This document shows positions 57,452 through 64,000 of a DNA stretch of 64,000 nt, piece by piece (positions within the stretch are counted from its first letter, which is position 1; every line of letters begins with the position of its first letter). The notes below the pieces were generated by a model, which saw nothing but the letters and a program-made list of their open reading frames with translations, did no database searches and was not told the DNA's origin. Origin of the DNA: Trueperaceae bacterium. Its GTDB lineage: Bacteria > Deinococcota > Deinococci > Deinococcales > Trueperaceae. Made by a program: the position numbers and the translations under genes. The stretch is taken from NCBI GenBank assembly GCA_965214405.1, contig OZ243956.1, positions 1,440,001 through 1,504,000 of the forward strand, read 5' to 3'.

Positions 57452-58474
57452 TCAGCGCCTGCCGCGCTGCAAGAGCACGGCCACGATGATGATGAGGCCC
57501 TGAACCGCGCCGTTGAGGTATTCGCTAATCACGTCGGTCAAGTTGAGCACATTGCCGATGGTGCTAAGTAAGATTGCGCCGACCACCGTGCCCCAGACCT
57601 GACCCGAACCGCCTTTGAGCGCGGTGCCGCCGATAATCACCGCGGCGATGGCCTCGAGCTCCCACAACACCCCCGTCGCCGCCGAGGCCGAACCCAGGCG
57701 CGGCACGTAGATAATCGTCGCCAGCGAGACGCAAATCCCTTGCAAGACGTAGGTGAGCGTCTTAATCCTATCTACCGGGATGGCCGAATAACGCGCCACG
57801 CTCTCGTTCGAGCCGATGGCGGAGCAGTAGCGCCCGAACGGGGTCAGGCGCAAGAGGAGCGCGCCCACAAGCGCGACCGCGGCAAAAACGAGCACGGGGT
57901 AGGGAATCCCCAAAAGCGAGCCGTAGTAAACGGGGCGGTAAACGCCCCTCACATCGAAGTCGAGCGACAGGGTGCCGCCGTTGGCAATGTAGGTGACCAG
58001 CGAGCGAAAAATCCCCAGCGTCCCCAGCGTCACGATAAAGGCTTCAATCTTGCCCCTCGTAATCGCCAGACCGTTGATAAGCCCCGCCACCAGGCCGAGC
58101 ACAAGCGACACGCCGACGCCCAACAGAACCGTCGTCCAGCCCGCGCCGAGGTTGGAGACCGCCGCGTTCATCACGACAATCATCACCCCCGCGATAAAGG
58201 CCGCCATCGAGCCCACCGACAGGTCGATGCCGCCCGCGATAATCACGAAGGTCGCGCCGATGGCGATGATGCCGATAAACGACGAGCGCGTGAGCACGTT
58301 GAAGATGTTCGTGGGCGACAAGAAGGCAGGGCTGAGGAGCGCGCCCACGACGACGAGCGCCAGAAGCGCCAGAAGCGGTCCCAGAGTCAACAAGTCAAAG
58401 CGGGGACCACCCGCCCTTGTCTTTGCCCTGTCTTTTGCAGCGTCCGGCGGAACCCGGCCCTCAGGTGACCGCAT
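57452..58474 (-). CDS. Monosaccharide ABC transporter permease (RbsC type)
   Basis: [27 protein letters not shown]. Confidence 0.95.
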   Translation of the reverse strand: MRSPEGRVPPDAAKDRAKTRAGGPRFDLLTLGPLLALLALVVVGALLSPAFLSPTNIFNVLTRSSFIGIIAIGATFVIIAGGIDLSVGSMAAFIAGVMIVVMNAAVSNLGAGWTTVLLGVGVSLVLGLVAGLINGLAITRGKIEAFIVTLGTLGIFRSLVTYIANGGTLSLDFDVRGVYRPVYYGSLLGIPYPVLVFAAVALVGALLLRLTPFGRYCSAIGSNESVARYSAIPVDRIKTLTYVLQGICVSLATIIYVPRLGSASAATGVLWELEAIAAVIIGGTALKGGSGQVWGTVVGAILLSTIGNVLNLTDVISEYLNGAVQGLIIIVAVLLQRGRR

Positions 58475-60047
58475 CGCCCACGCCTTTTAAGCCCGTTGCA
58501 TAACGCACAATTTCGTCCTCATTAATGTCTCGCCCCTCCAAAATACCACCCACGCGCCCGGAACGCATCACCACCACCCGGTGACAGAGGCCGATGAGTT
58601 CGGGCAGCTCCGAGGAGATGACGATACACGACTTGCCGCTCTTGGTCAAAGTCTGGATAAAGAGGTAGATTTGCCGCTTCGTGCCCACGTCGATGCCGCG
58701 GGTGGGTTCGTCCAAGATGATGATGTCGGGGTCAACGTCCATGATTTTGGCGAGCACGAGCTTTTGCTGGTTGCCGCCCGAGAGGGTGTCGGCTCGAGCC
58801 TCCAAACGCGGCACCCGGATGTCGAACTCGTCCACCGCACCCTCCAAGGCCGCCGTCTCCTGCTTGGTGTCAATGAACGGACGCGCGTACTTGCGGAGCG
58901 CCAGAAGCGTCACATTGGGCCGCAACCGCATACTGGTGATGAGCCCCTTGCCCTTGCGGTCCTCGCTCAAGTAAGCGATACCCAGCGCGGTGGCGTCACG
59001 TAAATTCTTGATATCCACCGGCTCCCCGTTGCGCGTGACTGTGCCGCTGCTCCGAGGTCTGAGACCCAAAAGACCCTCGAAAAGTTCGGTGCGCCCTGCC
59101 CCCACGAGCCCGGCAAAACCCAGAATCTCCCCCCGACGAAGCTCGAACGACGCGTTCTCGACGTGCCCGGGTACGGTGACGTTTTTGGCGCTAAACACGA
59201 CCTCCTCAGCCGCCTCGTCCGTCAAGGGCCGCTTCGGGGGGTACATGTCGCTCAGTTCGCGCCCGACCATGAGGCTCGCCATCTCGTCTTGGGAGAGTTC
59301 GCTCGAGGGCTTAGTGGTGATGAGGTGGCCGTCGCGCAAGACCGTCACCCGGTCGGCGACCGCGCTCACCTCGCCGAGCTTGTGCGAGATATACACGACG
59401 GTGACGCCGTTCTTTTGCAAACGCCGGATGAGGTCGAACAGCACCTCCGTCTCGCGCCCGGTGAGCACGTCGGTGGGCTCGTCCATGATGAGGAGGCGCA
59501 CGCTTCTCGAGACCGCCTTGGCAATCTCGACCATTTGCTTTTGCGACACGCTTAAGTCTCGCACGCGGGCGCGGGGGTCGACGGGCGTGCGGAGTTCTTC
59601 TAGGACCTCTCGAGCCTCCGCCACCATCGCGCGGCGGTCCAAAAAGAGCCCGCGGCGCTTCTCGCGGCCCAAAAAGATGTTCTCCTCCACCGTGAGGTCG
59701 TCGGCCAAATTGAATTCTTGATGGATAAGCACCACGCCGAGTGATTCGGCCTCGCTTGAGTTCCGAAAATGAACGGGCTTGCCAAAAAGCCGCAACTCGC
59801 CCTCGCTCGGGAGAAGGTAGCCCGACAAGATTTTCATCAGGGTGCTCTTGCCCGCGCCGTTTTCACCGATGAGCGCGTGAACCTCGCCCGCTTGGAGAGA
59901 AAAGGAAACGTCGTGAAGCACCCGGACGGGGCCGAAGTCTTTGCTCAAGTTTTTGGTCTCGAGGATGGGAGGCTCGAGTGTTGAGGGCTCGAGCCCTAAA
60001 GTTTCAGATACCGGCGTCTCAAATCCTTTAGGCACGCGCCGCCTCAC
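58461..60047 (-). CDS. Monosaccharide ABC transporter ATP-binding protein with two ABC domains (RbsA type); true start may be 60035
   Basis: [27 protein letters not shown]. Confidence 0.95.
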   Translation of the reverse strand: MRRRVPKGFETPVSETLGLEPSTLEPPILETKNLSKDFGPVRVLHDVSFSLQAGEVHALIGENGAGKSTLMKILSGYLLPSEGELRLFGKPVHFRNSSEAESLGVVLIHQEFNLADDLTVEENIFLGREKRRGLFLDRRAMVAEAREVLEELRTPVDPRARVRDLSVSQKQMVEIAKAVSRSVRLLIMDEPTDVLTGRETEVLFDLIRRLQKNGVTVVYISHKLGEVSAVADRVTVLRDGHLITTKPSSELSQDEMASLMVGRELSDMYPPKRPLTDEAAEEVVFSAKNVTVPGHVENASFELRRGEILGFAGLVGAGRTELFEGLLGLRPRSSGTVTRNGEPVDIKNLRDATALGIAYLSEDRKGKGLITSMRLRPNVTLLALRKYARPFIDTKQETAALEGAVDEFDIRVPRLEARADTLSGGNQQKLVLAKIMDVDPDIIILDEPTRGIDVGTKRQIYLFIQTLTKSGKSCIVISSELPELIGLCHRVVVMRSGRVGGILEGRDINEDEIVRYATGLKGVGDAVT

Positions 60048-60795
60048 TCTGCCCAGCCTGCCCCCCCAAAATAATCATCCCCAGCACCTCGTCTTTGGAT
60101 ACATCTTTCGTTTGCACCGTCTTCACCAAGCGCCCGTTGTGAAGCACGGTGATGCGGTCGCAGAGGTCGAACACGTCGTGGATGTCGTGGCTGATAAGAA
60201 AAATCCCGATGTTCTCCCGTTTGAGTTGCCCCACAAGCTCGCCCACCTTCTGCGTTTCCTGCGGCCCCAGCGCCGCAGTGGGCTCGTCCATCACCAGGAT
60301 TTTGGCGTTGAAGTAGACCGCGCGGCCGATGGCGATGGCCTGCCGCTGCCCGCCCGAGAGGTTGCGGACGTTCTCGCGCAGGGACTTTATCTTGAGGTCC
60401 AAACGGTCCAAGATTTTGCGCGTCTCGGCCTCCATCCTGTCGTCATCTAAAGTGCCCACGGGCGTGGTGAGTTCGCGGCCGAGGAAGATATTGGCGGGCG
60501 CGGGCAGGTTGTCGGCCAAGGCGAGCGCCTGATAAATCGTCTCGATGCCGTGACTCTTGGCGTCGCGTGGGCTGCGAATCGTCGCCCGTTGCCCGTTGAC
60601 TAGAATCTCGCCCGCGTCGGCGGCGTAGGCACCCGAAAGAATCTTAATCAGCGTTGATTTGCCCGCACCGTTGTGCCCGACGATGCCCATGACCTCGCCC
60701 GGTTGCAGGTCCACGCTCACGTCTTCTAACGCATGAACGCCGCCAAAATGTTTGGAGATGCCGCGCATCTCGACTAAAGGGGTTTTGGGTTCCAC
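60028..60795 (-). CDS. xylG: Xylose ABC transporter ATP-binding protein (single domain)
   Basis: [24 protein letters not shown]; follows xylF and xylH. Confidence 0.8.
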   Translation of the reverse strand: MEPKTPLVEMRGISKHFGGVHALEDVSVDLQPGEVMGIVGHNGAGKSTLIKILSGAYAADAGEILVNGQRATIRSPRDAKSHGIETIYQALALADNLPAPANIFLGRELTTPVGTLDDDRMEAETRKILDRLDLKIKSLRENVRNLSGGQRQAIAIGRAVYFNAKILVMDEPTAALGPQETQKVGELVGQLKRENIGIFLISHDIHDVFDLCDRITVLHNGRLVKTVQTKDVSKDEVLGMIILGGQAGQSEAARA

Positions 60796-60807
60796 TTAGG
60801 GCCTCCC

Positions 60808-62046
60808 CTACTCCGCGCCGCTACGCCGACGGTACATCACGTCAATCCAGACCGCGATGATGAGAACCAAGCCAATAATCACCTGCTGCAACGCGCTCGT
60901 AAAGCCAATCAAGACCATCCCGCTTTGCAAACTCTGCATAATGACCGCGCCCAAAATGGCCCCGATAATCGTGCCCACGCCCCCCGCGAGCGAGGTGCCG
61001 CCGATGACCGCGGCGGCAATCACATAAAGCTCGACCAGCGTGCCCGTCGAGTTGACGCCCGAGTTGAGGCGCGCGGTCTGCACCGCCCCGGCGAGCGCGC
61101 TTAAGCTCCCGATAAGGATGAACACCCACAGCAGCATCCGCCGCGTGTCAATCCCCGCGAGCTGCGCCGCTTCGGGGGAGCCGCCCATCGCAAATACGTA
61201 GCGCCCGAACTTGGTGAGGCGCGTCAAGGCCGTCATCAACACAGCGACGCCGATGAGAATGAGGACCGGTATGGGGATGCCTCGAGCGATGTCCGTGCGG
61301 GGCAGCGTGTAGGCGTTCATCACCAGCACAAAGGCGATGACGAGCGCGACGGACGCGCCCAGCACGAGCGCTTCGGCCCAGAGGGGACGAACCGGAAAGC
61401 CGAGCCTGGCGCGTTTGGCCCTCGAGCCCAGCGATATAGCGATAATTCCAGCAATCGCCACCCCCCCCACCACCCAGCTCCAAAAACCACCAATCGAGCC
61501 GTTCAAGCCGCCGCCCAGGAGTTGAAAGGTGTCGTCCAGAGGTGCGACCGTCCGCCCCTGCGTCATGAGCCAGGCCCCGCCGCGAAACATCAGCAGCCCC
61601 GCCAGCGTCACGATAAAGGCGGGCACGCCGCGGTAGGCAATCCAGAAGCCCTGAAACGCCCCAATCGCGCCGCCCAAAAGGAGACCCAGCAGGAGCGTGA
61701 GGAGCCAACTAAGAGGCGCGTCCGCAAGAAAGGTCTCGGCTTGCAGCACCGCCATGACCATACCGGTAAAGCCCAAGACCGAGCCCACCGACAGGTCAAT
61801 CTGCCGCATGACGATAACCAGCACCATCCCCGTGGCGATAATCCCGACGACGCTCGTCTGCACCGCCAAGTTCCAGAGGTTACGCGCGGATAAAAAGGTG
61901 CCGCCGGTCAAGATGTTAAAGCCCAGCCAAATCAAGATGAGCGCGCCCACCATGCCCAAGAGGCGCGTGTCCACCTCGAGCTTTTTGAAAAAGCCTCCAA
62001 CCCCGCCCGCCGGGGTCCGCGTCTGTTCCGCCTGCCGCGTCGCCAT
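60808..62046 (-). CDS. xylH: Xylose ABC transporter permease
   Basis: RNLWNL, IDLSVGS, ELYVIAAAVIGGTSLAGG. Confidence 0.82.
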   Translation of the reverse strand: MATRQAEQTRTPAGGVGGFFKKLEVDTRLLGMVGALILIWLGFNILTGGTFLSARNLWNLAVQTSVVGIIATGMVLVIVMRQIDLSVGSVLGFTGMVMAVLQAETFLADAPLSWLLTLLLGLLLGGAIGAFQGFWIAYRGVPAFIVTLAGLLMFRGGAWLMTQGRTVAPLDDTFQLLGGGLNGSIGGFWSWVVGGVAIAGIIAISLGSRAKRARLGFPVRPLWAEALVLGASVALVIAFVLVMNAYTLPRTDIARGIPIPVLILIGVAVLMTALTRLTKFGRYVFAMGGSPEAAQLAGIDTRRMLLWVFILIGSLSALAGAVQTARLNSGVNSTGTLVELYVIAAAVIGGTSLAGGVGTIIGAILGAVIMQSLQSGMVLIGFTSALQQVIIGLVLIIAVWIDVMYRRRSGAE

Positions 62047-62084
62047 GTGCGCCTTTCTTCGTCTAAACTGTCTCAAAATATCGT

Positions 62085-62119
62085 AAAAAGCGTGCCGCCC
62101 GCAAGGCGCAGGCGGCACG
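62085..62119 (-). terminator. Intrinsic terminator-like hairpin between xylF and xylH
   Basis: CGTGCCGCC...GGCGGCACG stem followed on the minus strand by CTTTTT. Confidence 0.6.
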
Positions 62120-62152
62120 TTCAGCTACGTTATAAACTGCCTACCAACCCAC

Positions 62153-63181
62153 CTACTGACAGGCTGCGGGCGCGTCCGCCGCGTCCACACCCGCGCAGAG
62201 TTCTTCTTGCGAAATCCAACCCGCGTCCACCACGACGTTCAGGTTGTCTTGGGTGATGGGCACGGGCTCGAGCAAAATCGCGTCCATCTCGACGCCTTGG
62301 GGGCCGCTGTTCCAGGTGGTGACGCCCTCGAGGGCGCTTGCATCCTCACCCTGCGCGAGCGCCACGGCGACTTCTGCGGCTTTCGCACCCAAAGCGCGGG
62401 CATCTTTCCACACATCCACCGTCTGCGTGCCTAATGCGACGCGGTTTAGGGCGGCGAAGTCGCCATCCTGACCCGACACGGGCACCTCGCCCGCCATGCC
62501 CTGCGCCGAGAGGGCCGCGACCACGCCGCCCGCGGTGCCGTCGTTAGACGCAACCACGGCGTCTACCTCGTTGTCGTTCGCGGTCAGGATTTGCTCCATG
62601 TTGCGCTGCGCGTTTTCGGGCAGCCAGCCATCGGTGTACTGGTCGCCCACCACGGTGATGGCACCCGAGTCGATGGCGGGTTGCAGGACCTCGAGCTGCC
62701 CCCCGTGCAAAAAGTCCGCGTTGGGGTCCGCGGGCGAGCCCTTGATAAACACGTAGTTGCCCTCGGGCTGCGCCTCTAAAATGGCCCGCGCCTGCATCCG
62801 GCCCACCTCGACGTTGTCAAACGTGAGGTAGAACGCGCCGGGCGACTCAATCAGCCGGTCGTAGGCCACCACCGGGATGCCCTCGGCTTCGGCGCGCGCG
62901 ATGGCGGGCAGGATGGCCTCGTTGTCCTGGGCCAAGACGATGAGCACGTCCGCGCCGCGCGTGATTAGGCTCTCGATGTCCGAAAGCTGCTTCTCGACCG
63001 AACTCTGCGCGTCGGCGGAGATGTATTCGGCGCCGAGTTCCTCGAGCTTGGCTTGCATGGCCGCCTCGTCCGTTTTCCAGCGTTCTTCTTGAAAGTTCGA
63101 CCACGACACGCCGACGGTGACGTCCTGGGCAAAGGCGAGGGTGGCGAGTAGGGCGAAAACGAGCAGCAAAACTTTTTTCAT
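62153..63181 (-). CDS. xylF: D-xylose ABC transporter substrate-binding protein
   Basis: [45 protein letters not shown]. Confidence 0.88.
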   Translation of the reverse strand: MKKVLLLVFALLATLAFAQDVTVGVSWSNFQEERWKTDEAAMQAKLEELGAEYISADAQSSVEKQLSDIESLITRGADVLIVLAQDNEAILPAIARAEAEGIPVVAYDRLIESPGAFYLTFDNVEVGRMQARAILEAQPEGNYVFIKGSPADPNADFLHGGQLEVLQPAIDSGAITVVGDQYTDGWLPENAQRNMEQILTANDNEVDAVVASNDGTAGGVVAALSAQGMAGEVPVSGQDGDFAALNRVALGTQTVDVWKDARALGAKAAEVAVALAQGEDASALEGVTTWNSGPQGVEMDAILLEPVPITQDNLNVVVDAGWISQEELCAGVDAADAPAACQ

Positions 63182-63463
63182 GAGTATCCTCCAGGGGAAC
63201 AGGCACAGGTTACGACGGAGTCTTGATTGAGTACATCTGGTGTTCTAGCAAGCTGGACGAGGTTTGTGCAGGGTCGCCTCCTTTGGGCGTTCACGCGTGA
63301 GGCGCGCGGCTGCCTAAGCCCGGCGGCTCGAGACCCTACAGAGGGTGTATACTGCGAACGCTTTTTACTCAAATGTTAGTCTAATCACTCTACTTTAGCG
63401 GGTGCCAAACGTCAAGGGAGCGTGATGTGGGTGCGCTCGAGGAGTTCCATTAGGAGGCGGTCT

Positions 63464-64000
63464 GTGAAAAGATGGCTATTTTATCTGTTTATCCTGCTCT
63501 TTACGGCGAATCTCGCGTACGCCCAGGTGCCACAATTCGTTGAAGAAACGGCGTCGGGTATCGCGCACGCTTACGACGGCGGCTGGGAATTTTTTGTCGG
63601 GGGCGGCGTGGCGGTTTTTGACTGTGACGACGACATGTTGCCCGACCTCTTTTTCGCGGGCGGCGAGAATAGAAGCGCCCTCTACCACAATCAAAGTGAG
63701 GTCGGGGGACCTTTACGCTTTGAGGAGGTGGATAACAGCCTCTCCCTTACAAACGTCACGGGCGCGTATCCCTTGGATATTGACGGCGACGGCCTCACCG
63801 ACGTGGCGGTCTTGCGGGTGGGCGAGAACGTCCTCTTCCGCGGCCTCGGCGACTGCCGCTTCGAGCGGGCGAACGACATGTGGGGTTTTGAGGGGGGCGA
63901 GAGCTGGACTACCGCCTTTGCCGCCACCTGGGAAGCGGGGCAGGCGTGGCCGACGCTGGCCTTTGGCAATTATGTCGACCGCGCCGCGCCGGGCGCACCT
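63464..64000 (+). CDS. Secreted CRTAC1/FG-GAP repeat protein, 3'-truncated by the window edge (absent from the ORF track)
   Basis: AGGAGG RBS at 63452 and GTG at 63464; MKRWLFYLFILLFTANLAYA signal; GGGVAVFDCDDDMLPDL and LDIDGDGLTDV repeats; open to the end. Confidence 0.85.
   Translation, partial: MKRWLFYLFILLFTANLAYAQVPQFVEETASGIAHAYDGGWEFFVGGGVAVFDCDDDMLPDLFFAGGENRSALYHNQSEVGGPLRFEEVDNSLSLTNVTGAYPLDIDGDGLTDVAVLRVGENVLFRGLGDCRFERANDMWGFEGGESWTTAFAATWEAGQAWPTLAFGNYVDRAAPGAP

Noticed and set aside
63370..63400. ROK/XylR operator upstream of xylF
   Set aside because: GTTAGTCTAATCACTCTACTTT is only weakly palindromic

Overview
High-GC bacterial chromosome segment, probably Deinococcota (Truepera/Deinococcus-like). 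This placement is inferred from a futalosine-type menaquinone decarboxylase, a Uma2 nuclease and several leaderless-style promoters. Most of the window is catabolic: a peptide ABC system with AraC and a PhyH dioxygenase, two sugar-ABC/Gfo-Idh-MocA/TIM-barrel loci, xylFHG, an epoxide hydrolase/SDR/TetR unit, a seven-gene MetV-MetF/RibD/creatininase/deaminase operon and a DarB-type ketosynthase mini-cluster. It also has VapBC, Fur, an HD-GYP regulator and an IS5-family element splitting a YdeI gene. The standout is a four-gene DUF11 operon (38567-50556, minus strand) whose exported proteins carry complementary split Ig-like domains: a donor-only outer-membrane barrel protein, a donor+acceptor shaft protein, an acceptor-only tip protein and a small acceptor lacking the isopeptide Lys/Asp. 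This suggests a self-polymerising, isopeptide-crosslinked, strand-complemented surface fibre with its own chaperone. The palindrome CTCGAG also appears strongly over-represented. No rRNA, tRNA or CRISPR array was seen. All calls come from motif reading; no database searches were run.
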